Positions 38,341 through 48,958 of a stretch of DNA of 64,000 nt are shown one piece after another (positions within the stretch are counted from its first letter, which is position 1; each line of letters starts with the position of its first letter). The stretch comes from an uncultured delta proteobacterium (lineage in GTDB: Bacteria > Myxococcota_A > Polyangia > Polyangiales > JAFGIB01). The position numbers and the translations under genes are program-made. Under the pieces are notes generated by a model. It did no database searches. It was given only the letters and a program-made list of their open reading frames with translations, and was not told the DNA's origin. Location: the NCBI GenBank assembly GCA_963778655.1, contig CAVZVA010000009.1, positions 32,001 through 96,000 of the forward strand. The letters are read 5' to 3'.

Positions 38341-38546
38341 CGCCCGGCCTCCGCGTACGCGACGAGCCCGGTGGGCGTGAAGGAGACCGCGCGCGCCCGC
38401 AGCCCGCGCTTGGCGATCGCCTCGTGCGCGGCGGCGAAGAGCGCATCGTCGCTCGCGGCCTCGATCTCGACGTCAGGCCCGGGCTCGGGCGGGGCGCCAG
38501 CGGGCTTGCCTGCCGGGATGACGAAGAGCTTGATGGTGCGGCGCAT
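38337..38546 (-). CDS. Small hypothetical protein
   Basis: GAGG RBS before MRRTIKLF; GTGA overlap with portal. Confidence 0.65.
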
Positions 38547-38650
38547 GGTGGACCTCGCAAGACGAAGGAGGCGAGGCGCTTGGCCAGCCTGCGAGGAGGC
38601 AGTCCACCTGGGCACCGAGCATCTGGACCGCGCGCCTCGCCTCCGGGATG

Positions 38651-38681
38651 GGCAAAGCCTCCGCTTCGTCGTTGCGGGGAC
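38651..38681 (-). promoter_or_regulatory. Class-B motif (N16)
   Basis: GTCCCC-N16-GGCTTTGCC. Confidence 0.75.
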
Positions 38682-38698
38682 AGGCCGAGAACTTGAGA

Positions 38699-39307
38699 AT
38701 GCGGCGGATGCTTGTCCCTCTGAAGCCCGAAGGCGTGCGGTCGTTCCGCCTGCTGACCGAACTATCCTTGGTGCTCGGCGTCATCGATGAGGAGACGTTC
38801 TCGGACCGGATGGACTACCTCAACGAACTGCTCGGGAATCCCGGCAATGGGCCGAGCGGGCCGTCCGGCGGTGGCAGCGGGCGTGACGAGGAGCGCCGCG
38901 CGCCCGGCGAAGCAGCGTCTGACGACGCCCCTGCTCATGGCGACATTCTGGATAGCGGCCAGGGCGGAGGCTCACCGCCGCCGGACTGGCTCCAGTTCAT
39001 CCCTGGAGGTGCCATCGGGCATCTTCAACGCTGGCACTTCATCAAGGGCGATCCCGACCCGCTGCCCTCTGTCCCGCATGGTCACGACGAAGGACGATCG
39101 TTTCCGAAGCTCGATCCGTATCTGGGCTGGATTCACGCCTCGACGAGCAAGACCTCCGGGCGGCTCAGTCAGGACGACACGAGAGCACTTTGGAACGATG
39201 AACGATTCCGCGACTTCGCGTCGGCTGCACTCATCCACTTCGTCCAAGAGAACCCGAACTACACGTGGCGGGTGCCGTATCCAATGCGGCTTCCTCGTCG
39301 TCGGTGA
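38699..39307 (+). CDS. Inverted moron, hypothetical protein; start uncertain
   Basis: Fills gap between terminase and portal operons; compact C-terminal domain W.F..GDPDP.PSVPHGH...KLDPY. Confidence 0.65.
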   Translation: MRRMLVPLKPEGVRSFRLLTELSLVLGVIDEETFSDRMDYLNELLGNPGNGPSGPSGGGSGRDEERRAPGEAASDDAPAHGDILDSGQGGGSPPPDWLQFIPGGAIGHLQRWHFIKGDPDPLPSVPHGHDEGRSFPKLDPYLGWIHASTSKTSGRLSQDDTRALWNDERFRDFASAALIHFVQENPNYTWRVPYPMRLPRRR

Positions 39308-39312
39308 TCCCA

Positions 39313-40746
<1,434 letters not shown>

Positions 40747-40772
40747 GCCGCCCTCCGGGTCGTCGCGAGCGA

Positions 40773-40804
40773 CCTTGCCTTCGTCGCGAACGGAAGCCTG
40801 TATG
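40773..40804 (+). promoter_or_regulatory. Class-C repeat copy 6, upstream of tyrosine recombinase
   Basis: CCTTGC-N10-AACGGAAGCCTGTATG. Confidence 0.78.
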
Positions 40805-40823
40805 AGTCGCAAGGAGAGCGACC

Positions 40824-41441
40824 ATGACCGCCTACGCCGACACCATCTCGCGTCCCGTGAAGACGCTGACCGAGGCCGAGCAGCGCGCGCTGCTCAAGGT
40901 CACCGGCCAGCACGTCGACGGCTTCCGGGACCACGTCATCTTCAGCCTCGCGATGGGCACGGGCCTGCGCGAGCACGAACTCCTCGCGCTCGACGTCGGC
41001 GACGTGTTCGACGACGCCGGACGCGCCAAGCGCCGCGTCGCCCTGCGCGTGTTCAAGCGCTCCGCGAAGGAGCCCGTCGCCCAGGAGGTGCTGCTGCCCG
41101 ACGCCGTTCGCGCGAAGCTCGAGCGGCTCCTCACGACGCGCAAGCGATCGGGCGAGACCATCACGCCCACCACGCCGGTCTTCGTGAGCCGCCTCGGACG
41201 ACGCCTCTCGGCGCGCCAGCTCCGGCACCTCTTCTCGGTCTGGCAGGAGCGCGCCGGCTTCGAGCGCCACGTGGCGTTTCACACGCTGCGCCACCACGCC
41301 TGCAGCGCCGTCTACCGCGCATCGAAGGACCTCCGGCTTACGCAGAAGTTCGCGCGTCACAAGTCGGTGGTGACGACCAGCATCTACACGCACCCGACCG
41401 ACGACGAGCTGCTCCGGGCGGTCCAGGGGCTTGTCTGCTGA
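40824..41441 (+). CDS. Small tyrosine recombinase (catalytic domain only, FimB/Xer-like)
   Basis: TGLR..EL, K, HTLRH, H.S..TT.IY. Confidence 0.92.
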   Translation: MTAYADTISRPVKTLTEAEQRALLKVTGQHVDGFRDHVIFSLAMGTGLREHELLALDVGDVFDDAGRAKRRVALRVFKRSAKEPVAQEVLLPDAVRAKLERLLTTRKRSGETITPTTPVFVSRLGRRLSARQLRHLFSVWQERAGFERHVAFHTLRHHACSAVYRASKDLRLTQKFARHKSVVTTSIYTHPTDDELLRAVQGLVC

Positions 41442-41494
41442 GCCCGCGCCGCGGTCGTGACCCACTTGCCGAGCAGAACCGAACGCGCGCGCGT

Positions 41495-41546
41495 GCTCGG
41501 TTTCCTGTTCGGCGCTCGGTTTCGAATCGCAGGGCTGCTCGGTTTC
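41495..41546 (+). repeat. Three direct GCTCGGTTTC repeats (fourth at 42382-42391)
   Basis: Exact copies at 41495, 41514, 41537. Confidence 0.7.
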
Positions 41547-42097
41547 CCAAAACTGACCCACTCGGAAACGGCCCCAGGCACCCTGGGGCGGGCGCGCGGC
41601 GCCACGAAAAACGGACCCCTCCCCCCCTTCGGCAGGTTGTAGGCGTGCCGAGGCCGATGCCGGCATGCCGACGCCGGGGGCCGGCATGGTAGGCGTGGTC
41701 CACGAAGGCGCGCGCCAACCGCCGCTAAGAGAGAAAAGCGGCGGTTCGCGCGACTGGCGTCCCGCGTTCTCGGGGACTTCGAGCGCCTCGAACGCGCCGA
41801 ACTCGGGGAGCCGTACCGCCGCTTTCCGTGGATCGGCGCCGTGGACGCACGCGAGGCCCGGCTCGGCAGCGCCGTCTCGGCGCGCGTGGTTGCCTGCGTG
41901 TTCCGGCGCGCGCCGCGGTGAGCTCGTCGTGCTCGAGCGCTCGAAGCTGGGCGGCGGCGTAATGCCTCGGAATCCCGGGGTCGGCGCGAGGGGCGCGTGT
42001 TCTTCCGGCCCGCTGTGGGCCTCGTGGGCACCCGTCTGCGAGGCTCTGCTGGTCACGTCGTCCTGGCCGCGTGGGCGCGCGGCTGCGTCGGGGGCGA

Positions 42098-43336
42098 TCA
42101 TCCTTCGTCCTCCTCGACGTTCGCGCCACGTGCGCCAACGTCGGCGCCGTCGTGCGCGCCCAGCACGCCTTCGACGGCGGCGGCCGCCACGAGCACCTGG
42201 TTCTCGATCAGCTCGGCGTCGTCCGGGTCTGCGCCCATCTGCTCCGCGAGCTCGCGGGCGAGGTTCACGAGGCGGCGCACCTCGTCGCGCAGGTGCTGGG
42301 ACAGGTTCGGTTCCGCCGCGCCGACCCGAATCGAACGCGAGTGGGGCAACCGAACACCGCCAAGGCTGTTCGATTTCTCGTGCTCGGTTTCGACCGCCTC
42401 ACCGCGCGCGTCGATGATGCCGGCCATCGCGGGCGTCGAGGACTCGAGGTCGCGCATGTAGCGCTCGTGCCTCTCCGACAGCACCTCGAGCGAGAGCATG
42501 TGGCGGATCTCCTGCCGCGAGTCGGCGCCGCCCTCGAGGAACGACTTGAGCCGGATGAGCGTGTTGACGTCGGCGGGGCTGTCGGTGCGGACGCGGCCTT
42601 CCTTGAGCGCCTCCCTGAACTTGATGAGGAACTCGTCGATGAGCGCGAGCATCTCGGCGACGGTGATCGCCTCGGCGGTCGCGCGTGCCTCGATGATCTT
42701 CTCGTCGCGCCGGGCCTCAATGCGGTGCTCGCCGTACTTTCGGCGGTGCATCGTGTTGTGGCTCTTCGCGTAGTCGGCGATGACGCTCGGAGCGACGCCG
42801 TACTTCTCGGCCAGCTCGCGGTACGTCGGGTAGACGGTGTTCGACGTGCCGTCCTCGTTCATCGACACCTCGCCAAAGACGAGCAGCCGATCCAGCTCGG
42901 CGAACGGGATGACCGGCGCCTGCTGGTGGCGAGGCCGGCCGGGTCGACGACGCTCATCCGAGGCTGCGGTGTTCTGCGTCGCGGGCTCTGCGCTGTCTTC
43001 GACGCTCGCGCGCACGACGTCGCTGGGCTCGGGCACTGCGACGGAGCCCTCAACCTTCGGCGGCGGCGGCGCCTTCGGGGGATCGAGCTGGGCCCGCAGC
43101 TCCTCGCGACGCTCGGTCGTCCGGTGGTCCTTGGCGAACGCGGCGATTGTGCTGACCGCGACCCCGAAGCGAGCCGCGACATCGCGCTGCGTGAGCCAGA
43201 CGCGCTTCACCTCGCCGTGCTCATCGGGCACCACCTCACCCTCGACGAGCAGGCGTTCGACCTCCTCGGGGTTTGAGAGCTTCGGGCCTTCGCCTTTCGT
43301 GGGACGACCACTCTTCGCGTGCTTGTGCTTCGCCAT
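42098..43336 (-). CDS. DNA-binding protein with duplicated AT-hook/HTH unit; candidate terminase small subunit
   Basis: RLLVEGEV...TQRDVAARFGVA.S.I and RLLVFGEV...TYRELAEKYGVA.S.I; upstream of large terminase. Confidence 0.6.
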   Translation of the reverse strand: MAKHKHAKSGRPTKGEGPKLSNPEEVERLLVEGEVVPDEHGEVKRVWLTQRDVAARFGVAVSTIAAFAKDHRTTERREELRAQLDPPKAPPPPKVEGSVAVPEPSDVVRASVEDSAEPATQNTAASDERRRPGRPRHQQAPVIPFAELDRLLVFGEVSMNEDGTSNTVYPTYRELAEKYGVAPSVIADYAKSHNTMHRRKYGEHRIEARRDEKIIEARATAEAITVAEMLALIDEFLIKFREALKEGRVRTDSPADVNTLIRLKSFLEGGADSRQEIRHMLSLEVLSERHERYMRDLESSTPAMAGIIDARGEAVETEHEKSNSLGGVRLPHSRSIRVGAAEPNLSQHLRDEVRRLVNLARELAEQMGADPDDAELIENQVLVAAAAVEGVLGAHDGADVGARGANVEEDEG

Positions 43337-43342
43337 GTGCCC

Positions 43343-43373
43343 TCAGAAGCCGATGGAGAGCTGGATCGGGGAC
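43343..43373 (-). promoter_or_regulatory. Class-B variant GTCCCC-N16-GGCTTCTGA inside 3' end of sigma-like gene 2
   Basis: Same spacing; ATG of 42098-43336 gene 6 nt downstream. Confidence 0.55.
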
Positions 43374-44128
43374 GCGCTGGTGAGCAGCGACTTCAGGCGC
43401 TGCATCGCGCGCGACCGCTGTCGCTTGAGGCGCTGGTAGAGACGCTCGCGGGCCACGTCGTCGTCGGGCTCGAGACGCTCGACGTACGCGCGCAGGAGTT
43501 CTCGGCGCAGGACGGTCGCCTCGACCACGTCGAGCCCGCTCGTGGAGAGTCCCTCCTGGACGGCGCGCTGAATGAGGAGAGCGAGGTCGTACAGCTCCTC
43601 GTCCGTGCGCGCGCGACGGGGAGCGAGGGAGTCCGGGTCGAGGTCTTCCAGCGCCTCGACGTCGATGCCGGGGTGGCGCTGCTCGCGCTCCTTGCGGAGG
43701 AACGCGAACACCTGCCGCTCGGTGCGCTGGCGCAGCCGCATCGGCAGGCGGTCCATGAGCGGCACGTCGGTGAGCGCCGCAAGGAACGCGGTGACGACGA
43801 GCTGGTCGAGCTCGTCGCCCGGCACCGTGTCGCTAACGAGGCGGCCCCGCAGGCGCACCAGCATCGGCTTGAACGCGCCGAGTAGGAGGGACGCCCACAC
43901 CGCAGCACGGCTCGCCCGGTGCTCGCGGATGATCGCCTCGGTGAGCGCCTCGCGCGCCGCGTAGGTGCCCTCCGCTTCGTCGTCGAGCATGGCGAGCACG
44001 GAGGCCGCGTCGGCGTGCGCCGCGATGGCGGGCTGCTTGGCGCGTCCCGCCTCGAAGGCATGGCGGTGGCGCTCGGAGAGCGCGTCCCGCCGCAGCCGCT
44101 CGAGGTCGTTACGGAGGGCGCTCTTCAC
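43343..44128 (-). CDS. Sigma-70/ECF-like factor 2 (paralogue of 48959-49837)
   Basis: Region-2-like P.L..L..R...DELDQ....FL..L; C-terminal [14 protein letters not shown] overlap. Confidence 0.65.
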   Translation of the reverse strand: MKSALRNDLERLRRDALSERHRHAFEAGRAKQPAIAAHADAASVLAMLDDEAEGTYAAREALTEAIIREHRASRAAVWASLLLGAFKPMLVRLRGRLVSDTVPGDELDQLVVTAFLAALTDVPLMDRLPMRLRQRTERQVFAFLRKEREQRHPGIDVEALEDLDPDSLAPRRARTDEELYDLALLIQRAVQEGLSTSGLDVVEATVLRRELLRAYVERLEPDDDVARERLYQRLKRQRSRAMQRLKSLLTSASPIQLSIGF

Positions 44129-44463
44129 TTGTCCCTCCGCGCCCACCACTCGGCGACGAACTCGAGGAAGTCGTCGAGGCTCAGCGCAACGAACGGCTCG
44201 GCGCGGTCGTCGCGGATGATGGCGATGGGGATTCGTCCGGGCGGCGCGGCGTTCGTGGCCTGGCGCAGCGCACCCCGGACGTTCGGCTGCTTGCCGCGTT
44301 TGGCCTCGGGCCAGAACACCGGGCAGTCGACGTCGGGAGCTTCCTCGCCCGTGCGGTACTGGAGGCCGCGCCGGATGCTCGCGTCCGGCATGACCTCGCG
44401 GAAGCGCTGGACGAGCTCGCGCTCGAAGCCAGCGCCCTTCCTCCGGGAATGCGCGCCGCTCAT
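44125..44463 (-). CDS. Holliday junction resolvase (Hjc-like PD-(D/E)XK)
   Basis: SRRKGA.FEREL, PDV, EAKR. Confidence 0.85.
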   Translation of the reverse strand: MSGAHSRRKGAGFERELVQRFREVMPDASIRRGLQYRTGEEAPDVDCPVFWPEAKRGKQPNVRGALRQATNAAPPGRIPIAIIRDDRAEPFVALSLDDFLEFVAEWWARRDK

Positions 44464-45596
44464 GCCCGGACCTCCCGAACGAAGCGCGCCGGGATGCCCA
44501 GCCGCTTCGCCTCGCGCAGCTCGCGCTCCATCCCCTCGGTGACGAGTTCGCCGAAGACTCGGACCTCGTCGCAGGTGGCGAGCAGGTCGAGGCAGAGCGA
44601 GAGCGCCTGCTCACGGCCCGTCGCTTCGTCGATGAGCTGCGGGAGGTAGAGGTGCGGCGCGATGGGGAGCACGCCGTCGTCGATGAGGAACTGGCTGAAC
44701 GCGCGGACCCGCTCGATGTTGCCGGCCGGGTCGTTCGCGAAGGGATGGCAGACGTAGACGCGGCGACGCCGACCTGCCTCGATGCGACGACGGCGGACCA
44801 GCTCGGCGGCCGTGTAGTGCAGACCGTCGAGCACCTCGGCGTAGGCCTCGCTCGGGTAGTCGCGTCCGTCGTCGAGGCGCCACGGCCCGTACTGACGTCG
44901 GCCCTGCGCGAGACGACCGAGGAGCGCGTCGCAGATCTGCCGCTCATCCGCCGGGAGCCCGGTGACGACGCCGCCCGCGCGCATGCGCTCCACCAGGCGT
45001 CGGGCGACCTCGAGCGAGCAGCGCGCGTCGGCGAGCGCACGATGCGGGTGCGGGCGCTCGAGCCCGAGCAGCTTCGCCAGCGGATCGAGCGACATCGACG
45101 GCAGCTCGCCCGTGACGACCAGCGGCCACGCGAGGCTCGCGGTGTCGAGCCGGTGGTAGTCGACGTTCGGCAGCGCGAGCCCGGCACGTCGAAAGCCGGC
45201 CTCGAGGAAGGCCCAGTCGAAGCCGACGTTGTGGCCGGCGACGAGAGCGCCCTCGAGGAGCGGAGCCACCTCGAGCAACGCCTCGCGGAGCGGGAGCGCG
45301 TGCTCCCACGCCGCCGTCGTGAAGCCGTTGATCGCCAGCGCATCGAGCTGCGCCTCCCCGAGACGTTCGGGAGCGACGAGCACCTCGTACTCGTCCAGCA
45401 CCTCCAGCGTGCGCGCGTCGACGCGGACGATGCCGACCTCGATGATGTCGTGCCGCGATGGATCGAGGCCGGTGGTCTCGAGGTCGACGAAGGCGACGGT
45501 CGTCTTCGGTGCCCGGCGTGCGAGGCGCGGAGCGTCGTGGGCGATGATGGGCGCGGCTGCTGCCGACGCCGGGTCGAGGGGCGGCGGGAGCAGCAT
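44460..45596 (-). CDS. DEDDh 3'-5' exonuclease fused to a MazG-like helical segment and a DUF4406/NDT-like domain
   Basis: DLETTG, GHNV.FD, HRAL.D; G...YG..E...E.LD...Y; VYVCHPF...PIAPHL...CDEV.VFG...GM..E. Confidence 0.8.
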   Translation of the reverse strand: MLLPPPLDPASAAAAPIIAHDAPRLARRAPKTTVAFVDLETTGLDPSRHDIIEVGIVRVDARTLEVLDEYEVLVAPERLGEAQLDALAINGFTTAAWEHALPLREALLEVAPLLEGALVAGHNVGFDWAFLEAGFRRAGLALPNVDYHRLDTASLAWPLVVTGELPSMSLDPLAKLLGLERPHPHRALADARCSLEVARRLVERMRAGGVVTGLPADERQICDALLGRLAQGRRQYGPWRLDDGRDYPSEAYAEVLDGLHYTAAELVRRRRIEAGRRRRVYVCHPFANDPAGNIERVRAFSQFLIDDGVLPIAPHLYLPQLIDEATGREQALSLCLDLLATCDEVRVFGELVTEGMERELREAKRLGIPARFVREVRA

Positions 45597-46780
45597 CACG
45601 CCACCTCCTTCGCCCAGAGGCGCGGCGACATGCGCTTGTCGGCGTGCGCTTCGAGCTCGGCCTTCAGCAGCGAGACGCGCGGCTTGTCGAGCTTCTTGCC
45701 CAGCGACTTGAGGAGCGCGTCGAGGGACTTCTTGTCGATGGCACCGAGCTTCCCGAGCACCTCGTCGCGCGAGAGGCCCGTCGCGTCCGCGAGCAACGTG
45801 AGCGTCGGCTCCAGCGGGTAGTCGAGGCTCGTGGTCGCGAACATCCGGTAGCGGACGCCGCCGAGCACGAGCTCGTCGCGCTCCTTGAGCTGCGCCTTGA
45901 GGATGTCCTCCAGCTCCTCCTTGCGCGCATAGAGCGCCTTCGCGAGGCGAGCGACCTCCTCGCGCTCGCGGGCGACGCCCTCGAGATCGGCGAGGTCTTC
46001 GACGATGAACTCGCGCTTGCCCTTGAGCGCTTCGGCGTAGGCCGGGCACTGCTTGCGGTGGTCGCAGTAGGAGCAGTTGGTGTTGAGACGCGCCGGGTAC
46101 TCCGTCGCGGTCTCCGTCTGCCTCCCGAGCGTCTCGACGTAGGCGAGCGCGTCGGCGAGCTGCTCCTCGGTGCGCGTCGTCTGCTGCCGGACGCCGTGGC
46201 GCAGCATCCAGAAGGTCAGCTTCACCTTCTTCGCCCACGGCCAGAGGCGGCGCACCGCCACCTCGTAGAGGCTCATCTGCAGTGAGGTGTCGACCTCGTC
46301 GCGGGTGAAGAGCTGGTGGTTGGTCTTGTAGTCGATGACCTCGACGGTCTCGTCGTCGATCCAGTCGACGCGATCGATGAAGCCCAGTACCTCGAAGGGC
46401 CCGACCGGCAGCCGGAACTCCTTCTCGATGGCGAGGACGTCGCGGTGGTCGACGACGCCCTGCTCGGCGATGAAGCGCCGGAGGATGGCGAGCCCCTCGG
46501 CGAAGACGTCCATGCCGGTGAGCCGCTCGGCGCCCCACGCCTCGCGGTAGAGCTCGATGGCGCGCTCCTCGGACAGCGGGCCCGTGCGCTCGTCGTCGAC
46601 GACCTCCTTGATGAGGCGCTCGAGGACGGCGTGGATGGTCTTGCCGAACCGGAGCGGCAGCCCTGGCTCGGCCTGCTGCTTCTCGATGTAGTGGAGGCGG
46701 TACGAGAGCGGGCAGGTCTCGAACCTCGAGAGCCTGCTGTAGCTGAGATGCTGGTTCTTGAACGGGGCGACGGTGGTCAT
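45596..46780 (-). CDS. PD-(D/E)XK RecB/Cas4-like nuclease
   Basis: LSYSRL..F..CP, G.IDRVD, IDYKT, Q..LY, C.YC....C. Confidence 0.9.
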   Translation of the reverse strand: MTTVAPFKNQHLSYSRLSRFETCPLSYRLHYIEKQQAEPGLPLRFGKTIHAVLERLIKEVVDDERTGPLSEERAIELYREAWGAERLTGMDVFAEGLAILRRFIAEQGVVDHRDVLAIEKEFRLPVGPFEVLGFIDRVDWIDDETVEVIDYKTNHQLFTRDEVDTSLQMSLYEVAVRRLWPWAKKVKLTFWMLRHGVRQQTTRTEEQLADALAYVETLGRQTETATEYPARLNTNCSYCDHRKQCPAYAEALKGKREFIVEDLADLEGVAREREEVARLAKALYARKEELEDILKAQLKERDELVLGGVRYRMFATTSLDYPLEPTLTLLADATGLSRDEVLGKLGAIDKKSLDALLKSLGKKLDKPRVSLLKAELEAHADKRMSPRLWAKEVA

Positions 46781-47436
46781 GAGCGCTCCTCGAGGGGGCG
46801 CTCTCGGCGCTCAGGGTTGTTGGTCTTGGCGGTCTTCTCGAACGAGACGATGTGCGAGCCGGGGAACACGCTCATGACGCGGGCGAGCGTCGCGGCGTGC
46901 TCGGGGGTGATCTCCTTGCGGTCGCGGCCCGTGTACGCGGGCACCAGCCACACGTCGCCGTAGGTCTCCGAGTGCAGCAGCACCTCGACGCCGAGCGCCT
47001 TGAAGCTCTCGATGTCCTCGGTGGTGAAGCCGCGAAGCTGGTCGACGTCGACTGCGGGCTGCGCGTCGGCGTCGGGCTTCGGAGCGAGCGCGATCGGCGC
47101 AGGCGCCGTCGAGACCTTCGGCGGCAGCGCAGGCGTCGCGACCTCGGGCAGTGGGTTGCCGAACAGGTCGCGCGCGACGGGCTTCGGCGCCTGCGCACGC
47201 TCGACGACGGGCGCAGCCGCGACGACGGGCAGCGTGCGCTTGTTCGGCCCGTTGTGCTTCTGCCACTCGGTGCAGACGAACTCGTCCGGCAGGGCGCACG
47301 TGCCGCCTTGCTGGAAGTGGATGCAGCGCTTGCCGTCCTCGCCCCGCGTGTACTTCTCGCAGGTGATGTTGGGCGGGCGCTCTGCGGCCGGCGTGGGCGG
47401 CGGTAGCTCCGGTCTGACGAGGTCCTTGATGGCCAT
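46777..47436 (-). CDS. Hypothetical protein with Cys cluster and Pro/Ala linker (alt. start 47457)
   Basis: C..C..C..C N-terminus; ATGA coupling to nuclease. Confidence 0.7.
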   Translation of the reverse strand: MAIKDLVRPELPPPTPAAERPPNITCEKYTRGEDGKRCIHFQQGGTCALPDEFVCTEWQKHNGPNKRTLPVVAAAPVVERAQAPKPVARDLFGNPLPEVATPALPPKVSTAPAPIALAPKPDADAQPAVDVDQLRGFTTEDIESFKALGVEVLLHSETYGDVWLVPAYTGRDRKEITPEHAATLARVMSVFPGSHIVSFEKTAKTNNPERRERPLEERS

Positions 47437-47473
47437 GCGCTTCCTGGCCGGCGACACGAAGCGCCGGTGGGGA

Positions 47474-47506
47474 AGGAAACGCGGGTTGCCTCAGCGAGCT
47501 GGGACA
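47474..47506 (-). promoter_or_regulatory. Class-A motif TGTCCCA-N17-GCGTTT
   Basis: Four copies with identical spacing before replication/recombination genes. Confidence 0.72.
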
Positions 47507-48012
47507 GGCTTCGAGCGGCCGCCGACGAATTTCCGCGCCGAGGGGAGGTGGAGGACGGCGCAGCGGCGGCGGTCGCCCTCGTGGTCGAAGCGCACGCGCT
47601 CGGAGCGCGCGACCACGACCTCGCGCTCGTGCCGCCACCCGAGCTCGAGGAGCGCGCGCAGCTCGCGCCGGAGGAGCCGTCCGCGCTCGGCCCGGTAGAG
47701 GGCCGTGGCCACCGCCTCGGGATGGACAGCCACACGCTCGTCGGGAAGTCGGGCGAAGTGCTCGCCCTCCTTCAGCGTGCCGTCCTCGATGCTGACCAGG
47801 ATGTTGAACACCAGGTCTGCGAGGTGGCCCTGCCGTTCATCGGCGAGGCGCCGCTCGCGGTGGATGGTCCGCATCAGGCGCGTCGAGGTCGCAGGGGCGA
47901 TGAGCCTTGCCTGCGCGAGGCGGGCAGCGAGGCGCTGGAACTCGAGGACGAGCGCGTCGCGCTCCTCCTTCGTGAGGAACGGGATCGGCTCGTCGGGCTG
48001 GCGCGCGTTCAT
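47491..48012 (-). CDS. Stand-alone homologue of the primase-helicase C-terminal domain
   Basis: GTLKEGEHF...VAVHPE and SERVRFD..RRR align with primase GDLKHKVHY...LAVHLE and SERVTFD.GRRR. Confidence 0.7.
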   Translation of the reverse strand: MNARQPDEPIPFLTKEERDALVLEFQRLAARLAQARLIAPATSTRLMRTIHRERRLADERQGHLADLVFNILVSIEDGTLKEGEHFARLPDERVAVHPEAVATALYRAERGRLLRRELRALLELGWRHEREVVVARSERVRFDHEGDRRRCAVLHLPSARKFVGGRSKPVPAR

Positions 48013-48017
48013 GGGGA

Positions 48018-48050
48018 CGAAAACGCGACCTCGCCCGACGCGCTGGGACA
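48018..48050 (-). promoter_or_regulatory. Class-A motif, ATG 5 nt downstream
   Basis: TGTCCCA-N17-GCGTTTTCG-TCCCC-ATG. Confidence 0.72.
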
Positions 48051-48079
48051 CCACCGCGAACGCGGCCCTGGCCCACGCG

Positions 48080-48410
48080 CTCCGCTGGGACAGCAGGACA
48101 GCTACTGGTTCCGTCCCGACCGGCCGCCAACGCCCTCTTTCGCTAGCAACCGCAGGCACTTGCGCGCCCTCGCGGACACGGACAGCCGCCGACGGGTAGC
48201 ACCACAGTAGCGAGATTCTCATTTTCGAAGGGCCGACGACTCGAGGGCGCCCTCGCGAAGAAATCGCGAATCGCTTCTGAGTAGACCTACCCGTTGAAAG
48301 CTGTCCAGAGAGAGAAGAGATACGTAACTATTGAAGAAGAGGAGAGAAAGACGGGACAGAGGGTCGTCCCGGGACTGTCCACGGCCCGTCAAATTGTCCC
48401 AGCGCTGAGC
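48080..48410. other. Putative replication origin
   Basis: Non-coding divergence point, A-rich/purine-skewed core 48280-48360, clustered GGACA/TGTCC motifs. Confidence 0.45.
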
Positions 48411-48618
48411 GCGGCTGCTTCGGGCCTTCGCAAGCAAGCGACCGCGCTGTGACGATCCTCCGGGAGGTGCGGAGGGGCCGGCGAACGCGCTCGCCGCAGG
48501 GAGGGGAGAGAGGGACCCCGGAACCGACGCCCGATCCTGCCCTGGCTTCCACCTTCCCCTCTCCAACGAGGCTGCCCTCGTACCCGCCGATGACCGGTGG
48601 GTCGCGAGGAGACAGCCC

Positions 48619-48861
48619 ATGAAGACCCAGTCCACCACCGCCACCGACTGCCGCTGCAAGGCCTGCGGTGCCCTCTTGGCGAAGCGCGATCGCGACGGCC
48701 TCACCATCCGGCGCGGCGACATGCAGGTCGTCGTCAGCGGCGACAGCACGGTCGCGGTCACCTGCTACCGCGACCGCTGCCGCACGTTGAACGTCCTCGC
48801 GTCGCGCACGCCGATGCCGCCGACGCCCGTGCCCGCGCTCCCGAGGGCGAGCGCCGCGTAG
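48619..48861 (+). CDS. Com-like Zn-ribbon regulator
   Basis: RCKACG.LLAK...C....C.T.N; GAGGAG RBS. Confidence 0.7.
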   Translation: MKTQSTTATDCRCKACGALLAKRDRDGLTIRRGDMQVVVSGDSTVAVTCYRDRCRTLNVLASRTPMPPTPVPALPRASAA

Positions 48862-48958
48862 CTCGCGGCGCCCTCCTTCACCTCGAGTCCACCGAGCGCA
48901 TGACGCCCTAACCACGGCCCCAAGGAGCGCCTGACGCCCGCCGGAAAGGCGGCGCGTC

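Noticed and set aside
45596..46780. Cas4-like nuclease as part of a CRISPR-Cas system
   Set aside because: Stand-alone PD-(D/E)XK nuclease in a phage recombination operon; no cas1/cas2 or array
48395..48425. TGTCCCA copies at 48395 (plus) and 48086 (minus) as class-A promoters
   Set aside because: No GCGTTT at 17-nt spacing; treated as origin-cluster motifs
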